From positions 1 to 64,000 of the IMG/VR virus record IMGVR_UViG_3300032315_001401: 64,000 bases of DNA; one strand, 5' to 3'. Each line of letters begins with the position of its first letter. Positions within the stretch are counted from its first letter, which is position 1. This document shows, piece after piece, positions 9,147-19,055 of the stretch. The translations under genes and the position numbers were made by a program. The notes beneath the pieces are model-generated. The model did no database searches. It was not told the origin of the DNA and saw only the letters and a program-made list of their open reading frames with translations. Source of the stretch: a virus.

Positions 9147-9219
9147 ATACAAAAAAACTCTGCCTTATTTAGGGGGCAGAGTTAATATTCATTGCAAAGG
9201 TGTGTTGATTTTCTAATAC

Positions 9220-9339
9220 TCACCATACTCCAGGAATTACTTGCCCAGTGGTGAGATATGCGCCAACAGCAGCGACGAATCCAATCATCGCAAGTCTTCC
9301 ATTCAGACGCTCTGCTGCTTCAGTAAAGATTTTGTCCAT
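9220..9339 (-). CDS. hli: High-light-inducible protein (39 aa)
   Basis: Manual translation MDKIFTEAAERLNGRLAMIGFVAAVGAYLTTGQVIPGVW; ExxNGRxAMxG motif; AGGAG RBS. Confidence 0.92.
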   Translation of the reverse strand: MDKIFTEAAERLNGRLAMIGFVAAVGAYLTTGQVIPGVW

Positions 9340-9349
9340 GTTTTTCTCC

Positions 9350-9436
9350 TTAATAAGTTTCGGAAAGTTGATTAACAGCATGTGCAAGAAGCACAAAGAA
9401 AGTAATGCTTGTAAGAGTAAAAATTACTTCAGTCAT
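9350..9436 (-). CDS. 28-aa membrane peptide between the hli genes
   Basis: MTEVIFTLTSITFFVLLAHAVNQLSETY; start overlaps the upstream stop (TGATG). Confidence 0.55.
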   Translation of the reverse strand: MTEVIFTLTSITFFVLLAHAVNQLSETY

Positions 9437-9630
9437 CAGAAGATACCGAAGAAGAACTTACCCGTTGCTGCATAGGAAATAAATCCAGCAACAATTCCCA
9501 TCATTGCCCAGCGCCCATTGTACTTTTCCTTTATTTGATTGGGAGTATCCATCCCATAATTTTCATAATACATTTGAGGTTCTTTGGCAAACATATTCTG
9601 CTGCCCACGCTCATTGGTTGTAACCGTCAT
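9436..9630 (-). CDS. hli: High-light-inducible protein
   Basis: EKYNGRWAMMG...TGKFFFGIF. Confidence 0.9.
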   Translation of the reverse strand: MTVTTNERGQQNMFAKEPQMYYENYGMDTPNQIKEKYNGRWAMMGIVAGFISYAATGKFFFGIF

Positions 9631-9659
9631 TTTTTCGTTTTATTACGAAGTATTGCACA

Positions 9660-9688
9660 ATTATATAGGAAATCTTAAGACCTGTCAA
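9660..9688 (-). promoter_or_regulatory. Sigma70 promoter for the hli cluster
   Basis: TTGACA-N17-TATAAT. Confidence 0.9.
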
Positions 9689-9691
9689 GTC

Positions 9692-10486
9692 CTATTTGCC
9701 TTCAAAACCCGGTGGTAGTGTTCCAAAATAAGGATCATAATCAAAAATAGGATTCCAATCACTCACATTGGTAGCATCAACCTTCCAAAAATTCCACAGA
9801 CCTTCATAACTTGACTTATGAAATACATCAACATGCTCATCATGAATAGAAGATCCCAATTCAATCTTATAAAGAAACAAAGGAATTGCAAAGGTATTGC
9901 CAGAATTATAAATCAAATCATCGGCAACTGCACGCGGTTTGACTCCATTATCCAACTTATACTTATCTCCACGCACATGGAGATCTATAAGTTTTTGTGC
10001 ATGATGGCGAGTAATCAAATAGCAAGCAGTTGAGAAGTCATTGACAAACCTACGGTGTAGTTTTACATGAACCTGTGCCGGATTAATAATTGCAAGTTGA
10101 ACTACATCATAATCATAAGGAACTTTGCAGAAGAAGTCTTTCCAGGCAAAAGGCCAATATGTTACTGTAGAAATATCACAATCATCCTCCATGATAAGAG
10201 CACAAGGCGAATCTGAAGTCTCTAGGAAGTGCTTCAGTGCCTTTAGATGCGATGTTGTACAACCTACCTCACCAGAAGACATCATATCAGGATAGCGCCC
10301 TTTAAGAATGTCTCCAAGGTCTCTACCATCTCTTCCATCATAAGCAGAGATACGAGTATAATCTTCAATTTCCCAATACTTAAACTGACCTTCCATATAT
10401 TGTGCTCTTTCTGGTTGTTCATCCAGATTGAGATAATAGATGGGAGGAAGTCCTTTAAGTTTATATACCGCTTTGTTTTTATCCAT
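9692..10486 (-). CDS. Glycosyltransferase family 25
   Basis: IYYLNLD...ER, GEVGCTTSH, ALIMEDD, ACYLITR. Confidence 0.9.
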   Translation of the reverse strand: MDKNKAVYKLKGLPPIYYLNLDEQPERAQYMEGQFKYWEIEDYTRISAYDGRDGRDLGDILKGRYPDMMSSGEVGCTTSHLKALKHFLETSDSPCALIMEDDCDISTVTYWPFAWKDFFCKVPYDYDVVQLAIINPAQVHVKLHRRFVNDFSTACYLITRHHAQKLIDLHVRGDKYKLDNGVKPRAVADDLIYNSGNTFAIPLFLYKIELGSSIHDEHVDVFHKSSYEGLWNFWKVDATNVSDWNPIFDYDPYFGTLPPGFEGK

Positions 10487-11318
10487 GATTATAACACTTA
10501 TATTGATTAAGATATTCTTGAGAGTGATAATATTGTTTCAATTTTTGTTTATCTAAACTCTGCAGATATTCCCATAATTGATTATTTTTTTCAATATATG
10601 GATTTGCAAACCAAGAATTTTGACCACGATAATGCTCCAAATGATAAACAAATTCATCCTCCAATCTACCCACTTTATAACCTAATGTAGTAAATCTAAA
10701 ATATCTTTCTTTATCTTCTGGAGACCAAGAAATAAAATTTTCATTTTCCATTCCACCTTCAATATAAGAAGATGTTTTGAAAAATTGCACATGTCCAAAT
10801 TGTGAGATGTATGGTTTTTCTTTTTTTTCTAAAATTGAAAAATCAAAATTATTATTTAAAAAATAAGTTACCAATTCATCATTTGCATAAATTTGTTTTT
10901 GATAATTACCAAAACCGTATGGATATACTATATCATAATTTTCATTGAGAATCATTTTAACTGATTTTAAATATGCGTCAACTTTTAATAAAACATCAGA
11001 ATCATAATTAACAACAACTTTTGTATCAACTTGATTCAGCATTTCATTAATTATTTTCATTCTATGAAATTCTGAAAGATCAGATTTCTCAAATGAATAT
11101 GATAAATTTTCCAGTTCATCATCTTCCAAAAATTTTTCAATTTGAGAAAGAACATACTTTTTAAAAAACTGTTCCCTATCTACTTCTTTTACAATAATTT
11201 TAGTGTTAAATTGTTTTAATAAGAAACATAAAACCGTTATAAGATTTCTCGTTCTATCATCAGAATCAATTCTGACTGGAATAATAAAAGTACAATCCGA
11301 TAAATCTACTTTATTCAT
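10479..11318 (-). CDS. GT-A glycosyltransferase (GT2/GT7-like)
   Basis: FIIPVR, VNYDSD, GGMENENFISWSPEDKERYFR. Confidence 0.8.
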   Translation of the reverse strand: MNKVDLSDCTFIIPVRIDSDDRTRNLITVLCFLLKQFNTKIIVKEVDREQFFKKYVLSQIEKFLEDDELENLSYSFEKSDLSEFHRMKIINEMLNQVDTKVVVNYDSDVLLKVDAYLKSVKMILNENYDIVYPYGFGNYQKQIYANDELVTYFLNNNFDFSILEKKEKPYISQFGHVQFFKTSSYIEGGMENENFISWSPEDKERYFRFTTLGYKVGRLEDEFVYHLEHYRGQNSWFANPYIEKNNQLWEYLQSLDKQKLKQYYHSQEYLNQYKCYNHG

Positions 11319-12115
11319 TATATTTTAATCCAATCATCCAAATAAAGATCTTGAGTTTGATTTTTAGCAGTATTTCCTTCAGTACCAAACCATTGTGATG
11401 GTGCAATTACTTTTTTAGATTTTGCCAACCAAGCACCCCACCAAGAAAATGATGAATTAGCAATAATATGATAATTACACATACTCATAAGACATAAATC
11501 AACTGCACCATCATTTGATTCTGATATCATAAATCTATCCGATTCAAATAAAGGTTGGTATTCACACCACCGAATATCGTCAGAAAAAATCATAACTGGA
11601 ATATTAGAATCAAAATAAGTTAATGCCTTTTCATAATAAGAAATGTCACATAGTGGGTGATTAGTAGAATTAGAAACATAATCAGATCTTCTAACATGCA
11701 AAGCAATAATTTCATCAAAATGAAAATTATTAACACATGGTTCTAAAATATAATCTTTAAATTTAAAATCTTTTCTTATACTTTCTTCAATGTGTTTAAA
11801 ATATTTTTCACTTTGATAATAACCATGTAGATTAACATTATCTGGACAATTTTCTACATATTCTGAATCATAATGAAATTGTTTTTCAGGGTAAAATTCA
11901 GCGGGCAAAAATCCAACATTTTCTACATTACCCAACTCAAATATATCAAAAAGATGATTATCTTTCCAAATATCGCCATAGTTTGTTTTAGGTATGCAAA
12001 ACTCATAGTTTTTTGTAGCAGCAATACCTCTCAATGAAGCATACTGAAACATTTGATTTGCTAACCTACCGTATTGCCCAAGATAATTAAATCCAATCAT
12101 TTTTATTAAGAACAA
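11318..12115 (-). CDS. Alpha-1,2-fucosyltransferase-like, GT11
   Basis: GRLANQMFQYA, GYYQSEKYF, LHVRRSDY, IANSSFSWWGAWL. Confidence 0.92.
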   Translation of the reverse strand: MFLIKMIGFNYLGQYGRLANQMFQYASLRGIAATKNYEFCIPKTNYGDIWKDNHLFDIFELGNVENVGFLPAEFYPEKQFHYDSEYVENCPDNVNLHGYYQSEKYFKHIEESIRKDFKFKDYILEPCVNNFHFDEIIALHVRRSDYVSNSTNHPLCDISYYEKALTYFDSNIPVMIFSDDIRWCEYQPLFESDRFMISESNDGAVDLCLMSMCNYHIIANSSFSWWGAWLAKSKKVIAPSQWFGTEGNTAKNQTQDLYLDDWIKI

Positions 12116-12900
12116 AGAGTAATTTTTTTATCAGATGGAGAGTGAATCATTCTTGCAAAAAAATCAAATTCTTGATCAGGATAATCTCCTGGTTTTGCAA
12201 AAGATGGATGTAAAATATGGAAATCATCAAATCTTTCTATCCTATACTTATTTAAGTGACTTTCATCGTGTGCTTTAGCTAGAATATTATTTTCTAAATC
12301 TTTTTTAATTCTAGTATCCAACTCATCAATTAATTCAAAAACATCAGGAACTTTACCGCCCCAAATGCATCCTTGAAGATATACATCATCTCTTTCTTCT
12401 TCTTCCTTTACACAAGACAAAGATCTTTCATTTCTTTCAAATGGTAATGTTCCAATAAATTTACTCCAATGAGTACTAAATGTTGGATGTTGGACACCAA
12501 AAAATGATTTCTCATCATTAAAAAATTCTTGATATGTAATCACTTGATTGCAACAATACATATCAGCATCAAAATATACATACCAATCATAATTTTTTAA
12601 CTGTTCTTCAATTTTTTTAATTTCACCAAATCTCCTCAAACCACCAATACTATTGTACATCAAATTATACCAATTATCAGAGGAATAATCTGATGTTGTA
12701 ATCTCAACATCCTCAGATGCTTTTATAATTTCAATATTATCTGGGATATCATCACCCAGATCCCCATCAGTAAATACAAAAAAATCTTTATCACATTCTG
12801 GAATAAAATACTCCATTAATGTTTCATAATACTTTGGAAAGAATTTAAGATAATTTCCAGTACCAATAAAGTTAATAGCAATTTTTTTAGTCATGATCAA
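12106..12900 (-). CDS. Glycosyltransferase family 6
   Basis: FIGTGNY, YFDAD, YLQGCIWGG, AHDESHLNKY. Confidence 0.85.
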   Translation of the reverse strand: MIMTKKIAINFIGTGNYLKFFPKYYETLMEYFIPECDKDFFVFTDGDLGDDIPDNIEIIKASEDVEITTSDYSSDNWYNLMYNSIGGLRRFGEIKKIEEQLKNYDWYVYFDADMYCCNQVITYQEFFNDEKSFFGVQHPTFSTHWSKFIGTLPFERNERSLSCVKEEEERDDVYLQGCIWGGKVPDVFELIDELDTRIKKDLENNILAKAHDESHLNKYRIERFDDFHILHPSFAKPGDYPDQEFDFFARMIHSPSDKKITLCS

Positions 12901-13844
12901 CTATTTTTAATAATTGTTTCTACAGATGGAATATAGTATTTTTTCAAAACTTCTTTCCATTCAAACTGTTTTGAATATTCTAAAATTTCTTTTCTATGTT
13001 TAATAGAATATTCTCGATTTTCGATTATTTTTTCTTCAACGTAACTAATATCTGAAATTTTATTTTCAGGAATGATTGTAATAAATTCTTTAGATGCATC
13101 CAAATTAGCTCTTCCCCATTCACAAACAACTACCCCAAGTCCAGCAGCAAGTGCTTCCATACAAACAAGAGGATGTGCTTCACCATCAGATAAAAGAACT
13201 AAATTGCCATAATTAGTTAGATCATTATATAATGTATTCTTATCCCATTCTCCAAGATAATTTTTAGAAGTATTAAATCTATTATCTGCAATATTTCCAG
13301 CATACCACAAACTTTCAATACTTTGAAAAGAGTATTGTCTCTTTCTATAATCAATTTTAGCAAGATAAATTGATCTATCCAAATACTGAGGATTATCACT
13401 AACTCTAAACTGAGATAGGTTTACGCCATTTGGAGTTAAAAATAAATTATTTTCAGGAAGATTCAAAAGAACTTTATACATGTTTTGAATGCCTTCAGAC
13501 AAACAAAAAGTATTTGGTTTGAGGTTGGCAAACTCATTAGCGATGTATGCGTAACCACCAAAAAGTTCTGGTCTTTCTAGATATCCATAATGACTCGTAA
13601 TTGCCTTTGGATATTGAATATATGGATAAAGATTAATAAACTCATCATAATGAATATGAACAAAGTCTGGATTAAAAGAATTAATCTCTCTAATAATTTG
13701 ATTATAATCTTTAGTATTTGTAATTTGAACTTGATGTCCTAAAGACTCCAAAGAAATTTTAGTATCCCATATAAGGATTTCAACTGCACCCCACCCTAAT
13801 GGGGGAATTGGCATAATACCAGGACCAATTAGTGTAATTTTCAT
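12897..13844 (-). CDS. GT-B glycosyltransferase (GT4-like)
   Basis: PIPPLGWGAVE; EAHPLVCMEALAAGLGVV. Confidence 0.85.
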   Translation of the reverse strand: MKITLIGPGIMPIPPLGWGAVEILIWDTKISLESLGHQVQITNTKDYNQIIREINSFNPDFVHIHYDEFINLYPYIQYPKAITSHYGYLERPELFGGYAYIANEFANLKPNTFCLSEGIQNMYKVLLNLPENNLFLTPNGVNLSQFRVSDNPQYLDRSIYLAKIDYRKRQYSFQSIESLWYAGNIADNRFNTSKNYLGEWDKNTLYNDLTNYGNLVLLSDGEAHPLVCMEALAAGLGVVVCEWGRANLDASKEFITIIPENKISDISYVEEKIIENREYSIKHRKEILEYSKQFEWKEVLKKYYIPSVETIIKNS

Positions 13845-14758
13845 AGGTAATTTTTAATCCAGTCTTCCAATTTAACTTTAGGTTCCCATCCAAAAGTTTT
13901 TTTCGTTTTTTGAATATTTGCAAGAGTAACTCTAGACTCACCTGGTCTAGGGGGAAGATTAATTTTATTTTTTGATATCATTCCTGCAATTTGATTGATG
14001 GAATGATTTGTTCCTGTGCCAACATTAAATACTTGACCAAAAAATTCACTATCAATTGAAGAGGTTGCGGCAAGAACATTGGCACTTACTACATCAGAAA
14101 CGTGAGTAAAATCTCTACGTTGGTTTCCATCGCCAACGATCGTTAGTGGTTCTCCTGATGCACGTTGACGAAGGAAAATACCAATTACAGGAGCATATTG
14201 TCCACGTAAGGGTTGACGTTCCCCATAGACGTTAAAATACCTAAAGCAAATCGTGGGAAGACCATAAAGTCTTGTATACATCTTACAGAGTTTTTCACCA
14301 TTTACTTTGGAAACGGAATATGGATTGAGACAATCATCTGGTTGCGTCTCAACATTTGGGGACTCATTCATTCCATATGCAGAAGAGGTAGAAGAGTACA
14401 TCACTCTCCCCACTCCTGCTTCACGAGCACACTGCAGTACGGTACAAGTCCCCACAGAGTTAATACTCACTGCCTGAATGGGATTTTCAATAGCAGGTTG
14501 AATACGTGCCTCTGCAGCAATGTGAAAAACAAAATCTACGCCATCATAAAGAGGTCGTGTTTTTTCATAATCACGAATATCGTACTTATAATTTTGTGCT
14601 TCACGATTCCAATAAAATTGATCATGAACATCAGAGTATTCATTATCAATTACAATAACTTCATGCCCGATTTGAATGAGATGATCTACAAGATTTGATC
14701 CAATAAACCCAGCACCACCAGTAACTAAACTTTTCATACCATTTCTTGGAATAAACAA
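13841..14758 (-). CDS. NAD-dependent nucleotide-sugar epimerase/dehydratase
   Basis: VTGGAGFIGS, SSTSS, YSVSK, FRYFNVYG; start probably the MKSLVT codon. Confidence 0.93.
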   Translation of the reverse strand: MFIPRNGMKSLVTGGAGFIGSNLVDHLIQIGHEVIVIDNEYSDVHDQFYWNREAQNYKYDIRDYEKTRPLYDGVDFVFHIAAEARIQPAIENPIQAVSINSVGTCTVLQCAREAGVGRVMYSSTSSAYGMNESPNVETQPDDCLNPYSVSKVNGEKLCKMYTRLYGLPTICFRYFNVYGERQPLRGQYAPVIGIFLRQRASGEPLTIVGDGNQRRDFTHVSDVVSANVLAATSSIDSEFFGQVFNVGTGTNHSINQIAGMISKNKINLPPRPGESRVTLANIQKTKKTFGWEPKVKLEDWIKNYL

Positions 14759-15558
14759 AGATGATTTTTACCATTAACTCGATGAAACCTAGTAAAAAGA
14801 TTCTCTTTTGTTTTGCAGAGATATCCAATTGCTATCTGTTCATTATTTACATTTTTATTTTGCAACATGCTTTGCATAAGATTGTCTAGTTCAATTGTGA
14901 TATTTTCAATGGCAACTTTATTACCACCAAACATACTACCACAAATGAATGAGCGATTATCCCACAAATACTTTTCGGTTAAAGTTTTGGAGTTTACAAG
15001 GTCAGAATAACACTCAGTATTATACTGTATCAGCATTGTATTGTCAATTGCTGCCAACTCTTTAAGCGCATCTTCACTAGGATATTCATTTGAAATGTCA
15101 CAATCATATAAAAATCTGCTTGCTCCAGCGTCTAACCAAAAGAAAAATTTTGACTTAAATGGATTAATTTCTGTTGCTTTTTTTAACCATTTAAACTTAG
15201 AATATTGAATGACAGAATACATTGAATTTTTACATTCTACTCTATTCAGATCTCCCATATTTTCCTTATAAAAATCGGAATCTAAAACATCTTGAATCGG
15301 TTGTTTTAGGTAGTAATATGGAATATTTTCTAATGATTCTACTACAATTTCCGTTGGTAAATCTTTTCTTACTTCCCTTATAGTATCAACCAAATCTTCT
15401 TCTGTAAAAATAATAAAAGGACATTTAACATTTAGTGTTTTGCAGAACCATTCAACATAATCTTCCCAACTTCTTCCATCTTCTCTTTGCAATTCTTTGA
15501 CATTATAAAGAGAAGTAACAATTACAAAATCAGTGTTCATTGTGATACAGATAAACAA
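14734..15558 (-). CDS. HtrL/YibB-like protein
   Basis: IVTSLY, SKFKWLKKA...NPF...FFWLDAG, GSMFGG, NNEQI. Confidence 0.75.
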   Translation of the reverse strand: MFICITMNTDFVIVTSLYNVKELQREDGRSWEDYVEWFCKTLNVKCPFIIFTEEDLVDTIREVRKDLPTEIVVESLENIPYYYLKQPIQDVLDSDFYKENMGDLNRVECKNSMYSVIQYSKFKWLKKATEINPFKSKFFFWLDAGASRFLYDCDISNEYPSEDALKELAAIDNTMLIQYNTECYSDLVNSKTLTEKYLWDNRSFICGSMFGGNKVAIENITIELDNLMQSMLQNKNVNNEQIAIGYLCKTKENLFTRFHRVNGKNHLCLFQEMV

Positions 15559-16102
15559 TGTCGTCGTGTCTATTTTTATTTATTCTCAAATCCACAACTT
15601 CAAAAACATCAAGAAATTCGGGATTACTCCATCCTGGATTTGAATCTACATCTTCAATAATATAATAACCACCTTTTTTAAGTTTTGATTTAAGAATATT
15701 CCAGGTTTTTAAGGTTAGTCCTGGATCATGTGAGGCATCATCAATAATTAAATCAAATTCTGGACAGTTTTCGAAAATGCTTGGATTATCTTGAGATCCT
15801 TCTTCGAGAAAAATAAATCTTTCTTTTTCATGATCAGTAAGTTGAAGACGAGAATAATCTTTATCAAACCCATAAATTTTAGTTGATGATGAGAAAATAT
15901 CCCTCCACATTCTCAGACTGTATCCAGAAGAAACACCAACCTCCAATATACAAAGACCTTTATTGTCTTTGATCTTTTCAAAAACTTCAGGATAAAATAA
16001 TTCATATGAATGATCCGATCCCTTATCACTACATCCAGTCCATGGAGTAGAACTATAATGCTCAATAATCTCTTTTGCTTTTTGTTTAAATGATTTTGCC
16101 AT
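15530..16102 (-). CDS. Class I SAM-dependent (sugar O-)methyltransferase
   Basis: ILEVGVSSGYS, YGFD, DLIIDDASH, GGYYIIED. Confidence 0.88.
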   Translation of the reverse strand: MAKSFKQKAKEIIEHYSSTPWTGCSDKGSDHSYELFYPEVFEKIKDNKGLCILEVGVSSGYSLRMWRDIFSSSTKIYGFDKDYSRLQLTDHEKERFIFLEEGSQDNPSIFENCPEFDLIIDDASHDPGLTLKTWNILKSKLKKGGYYIIEDVDSNPGWSNPEFLDVFEVVDLRINKNRHDDIVYLYHNEH

Positions 16103-16103
16103 T

Positions 16104-16979
16104 TTAATTCATATTTTTAAAGTGTTCAAAATTAACATGCTCAACCCAATTTGGCCACATATTAATTTCTAAAGGTTTGCAAGATTCGTAATCAAAATGT
16201 GTAATATAAAATTTTGAATCAATTTTATATTTTTTGTACCAATCTGTTGCTTGTTTATATATAATTGCCCCAAAATCCACCAAATTAATATTTAAATTTT
16301 GTTTGGTACAAACATCGATGCAATGATCTCTAACATGTATTATTCCATTTTCATAACTGCTTGGAATAAAATTATACCATCCTGATAGAAATTTTTCCAT
16401 AGATTCAGTTTTTCCAAGAAAAAACCAATCACATGGATTGTTTGGAAATTCTCCAGCATACAAATGCCCACCACCCATCGAACTTTGAAAGTATAAAGTA
16501 TTATCCTCTAATTGTATTTGAGACAATATAGTTTTAAGTGGTTTAGTTAAAATAATATCTGGTCTTGTTTTTACGACAACATCAATATCATGTTCTTTAA
16601 CTTTTAAAAATGATTGATAATTTGAATAAGTTTGACTTAGTAAACCATATAACACTATGGGAGTAATTACTTTATAGTGTTCTATACTTTCATCTTTCCA
16701 AACATCAAAATTAAATTTTTTAAAGAATGAGATATCAAAGTCTTTATGAGGTTCAACAATAAAATCAGTTACATTATATTTTTCTATAAATTCTTTGTCT
16801 AAATTTTCACCATTAAAAGTATCAGTAAACCAAAGTTTATACATTTTTCCATTATAAGATTTGTCCCACCATAGATGAGAACAAACCTTATCATTCTTTT
16901 CTACTTGATAATTTGAAAAGTAATCGAGGGTTGTTTGATAAAAAATTGGTTGTCCAGAAAACAAATATGCACAATTCAT
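16104..16979 (-). CDS. Glycan-locus hypothetical protein, GT-like
   Basis: FSGQP, VVVKTRPDI, DWFFLG; paralogous pattern to 21538-22281. Confidence 0.6.
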   Translation of the reverse strand: MNCAYLFSGQPIFYQTTLDYFSNYQVEKNDKVCSHLWWDKSYNGKMYKLWFTDTFNGENLDKEFIEKYNVTDFIVEPHKDFDISFFKKFNFDVWKDESIEHYKVITPIVLYGLLSQTYSNYQSFLKVKEHDIDVVVKTRPDIILTKPLKTILSQIQLEDNTLYFQSSMGGGHLYAGEFPNNPCDWFFLGKTESMEKFLSGWYNFIPSSYENGIIHVRDHCIDVCTKQNLNINLVDFGAIIYKQATDWYKKYKIDSKFYITHFDYESCKPLEINMWPNWVEHVNFEHFKNMN

Positions 16980-17650
16980 TTTTCAAAAATAAACTTTGCC
17001 ACTTGTAATGTATATTCACCAACATGCATAGTAAAAGGATCTGGTTCAGAATAATCACAAGCACCCAATAATGTCAATCCAGAAGATTCAATCAATTTCA
17101 CAACTAATTCTGGTTTAATAAATTCACCAAACTCATTCTTAATATCCACATCGGAAACAATAATAAATTTTCCACCTGGTTTAAGAACTCTATAAATTTG
17201 TTCTGAAATATCTTTCCATCCTTGATTGTTAATCTTATCAGAGTGTGCTCTGTTAAAATGCGTTACTGCACAAGAATCTACAAAATAATCAACAGTATTA
17301 TCATCCATTTCTTTAACTTCTGCCAAAGCATCATTCAAAATCATTCTAACTAAACTTCCAGAAAAAGAATGACCCACATCACTAATATCAATTCCAGTAA
17401 CATCATGTCCCAATGAAGAAACAATATGAGGTAATGGTGAACTAGAACACCCAAGATCAACGACGATCTTATTTTCCTCATCTAATTCTTGAAAATAATT
17501 TGCGATGAAAGTCCATTTCATCAAAGCATCATCGTTAGTCCAAGTTATATGAGGAAACCTAGTTTGATATTCATATTGTTCTACTTTTTCTTTACAAAAA
17601 AGTAGATCATCATTGTTTAGCAATTTACTATCAAAATTCATTTCAAACAA
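16976..17650 (-). CDS. Class I SAM-dependent methyltransferase
   Basis: VVDLGC, VTGID, YRVLKPGGKFI. Confidence 0.88.
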   Translation of the reverse strand: MFEMNFDSKLLNNDDLLFCKEKVEQYEYQTRFPHITWTNDDALMKWTFIANYFQELDEENKIVVDLGCSSSPLPHIVSSLGHDVTGIDISDVGHSFSGSLVRMILNDALAEVKEMDDNTVDYFVDSCAVTHFNRAHSDKINNQGWKDISEQIYRVLKPGGKFIIVSDVDIKNEFGEFIKPELVVKLIESSGLTLLGACDYSEPDPFTMHVGEYTLQVAKFIFEK

Positions 17651-18326
17651 CCTCTTTCCAATTTGCAGAGTTACTAATTACTTCCATATCAGTAATTAAA
17701 CCAATGCCTACGATATCTTCATGATACTCTGATGTAACATCAGTATAAGTTGGAACATATAATTTTGCACCATTCAAAGCCCCCACAACTTCTCCAGGTC
17801 CACAAATTTTTCCGCCACACACATCATACTTCACTTGAGGATTAAATGGATTTTGAAAATCATCAATAAAAATTGCAAAATTTTTAAGTTTAGTTGTTAC
17901 AAAACTAACCTCATCAAACAAAGGCCAAGAGTACATTCTCTGACCGTTTTCTTCCCATTCTCCATGCGCATCAAACCAAAATACACACTTTTTATTTTTT
18001 AGATCAGGTTCTTTTCCTAGAACATAATAGAGAATTTCGGGTGATGACATTTTTTGCATGTCAACATTATCCAGTTCTTTTAATATATCGTAAGAAACTG
18101 AAAAACGATAATCATCGATTTCGCAAGTATATACTTTTTTATCTGAAAAATTGTCTGCAATGAAATAAGAACTTTCTGCATAAGCAGTTCCAGTTTCAAT
18201 AAACAAATCAGAATTTTTCATGTAATCATATATTGTGTCAATAATATAAGTATCACCATGAAAAGGATTTCCATGAGTCCATCCAGCTGGATCTTTACTA
18301 AAATTTGCTATTTTGTACTTTGCCAT
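17643..18326 (-). CDS. Methyltransferase-like protein
   Basis: FIETGT, YTCEID, FWFDAH, IFIDD. Confidence 0.7.
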   Translation of the reverse strand: MAKYKIANFSKDPAGWTHGNPFHGDTYIIDTIYDYMKNSDLFIETGTAYAESSYFIADNFSDKKVYTCEIDDYRFSVSYDILKELDNVDMQKMSSPEILYYVLGKEPDLKNKKCVFWFDAHGEWEENGQRMYSWPLFDEVSFVTTKLKNFAIFIDDFQNPFNPQVKYDVCGGKICGPGEVVGALNGAKLYVPTYTDVTSEYHEDIVGIGLITDMEVISNSANWKEVV

Positions 18327-19054
18327 TTTCCTCCGTAGTTACCTGAATAAAATTCTCTATGTTGATGTAGCAGTGGATGCCCAGAATATCTCCAATTTGG
18401 ATTTCTTATACACTCCGTTTGATCTGGATTTTCTTCATAAGTATACCCAAATAAAGAAAATAAAAATGCTAACAAATAATCATAACAAATCATTCGTGGA
18501 TCCAATTCCAATCCACCAGACAACTTATCAAGATTATTTGTAAGTTGTTCATACATTCCATAAAATGAAGATGTTTTCATAACACCTCCTGCAGGACCCC
18601 ATGTTCCGTTATTTTTACCACCATTCATTATAACATATCTTTGCACACTTTCTGGCATTATGTTTACTGTTGGACCAGCAAGATCAGATTTGATTGGATT
18701 TAATTTTCCTCGAACTAAAACATCAGGTTCCATTAAAACCATATACTCAGTATTGCAATAATCACATCCATTTTTAAGTCTTCTCAAAAATTCCATCGAT
18801 ATTCCCATGAAAAGATCAATGTTTCCAGAATTTTCTCTAACGTATTGATCAACATCTCTAGCAATACCAACTACTTCTGTAGTTTCTTTTATTGTTTCAA
18901 TATTTTCAAAATCTTCTTTTAGATATGAAAAATCTAATCCATTGTCCGATACAAGATAAATTGGATTATTTGGATAAAATTCTCTAAATTTAGATAAAGA
19001 ATATTCAATTGCAGACTGCTCTTTATAACAGATATAAAATACACCTAGATCCAT
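18308..19054 (-). CDS. Putative GT-A glycosyltransferase
   Basis: IYLVSDNG, VLMEPDVLVRG, GPAGGV; island context. Confidence 0.6.
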   Translation of the reverse strand: MDLGVFYICYKEQSAIEYSLSKFREFYPNNPIYLVSDNGLDFSYLKEDFENIETIKETTEVVGIARDVDQYVRENSGNIDLFMGISMEFLRRLKNGCDYCNTEYMVLMEPDVLVRGKLNPIKSDLAGPTVNIMPESVQRYVIMNGGKNNGTWGPAGGVMKTSSFYGMYEQLTNNLDKLSGGLELDPRMICYDYLLAFLFSLFGYTYEENPDQTECIRNPNWRYSGHPLLHQHREFYSGNYGGKWQSTK

Positions 19055-19055
19055 A

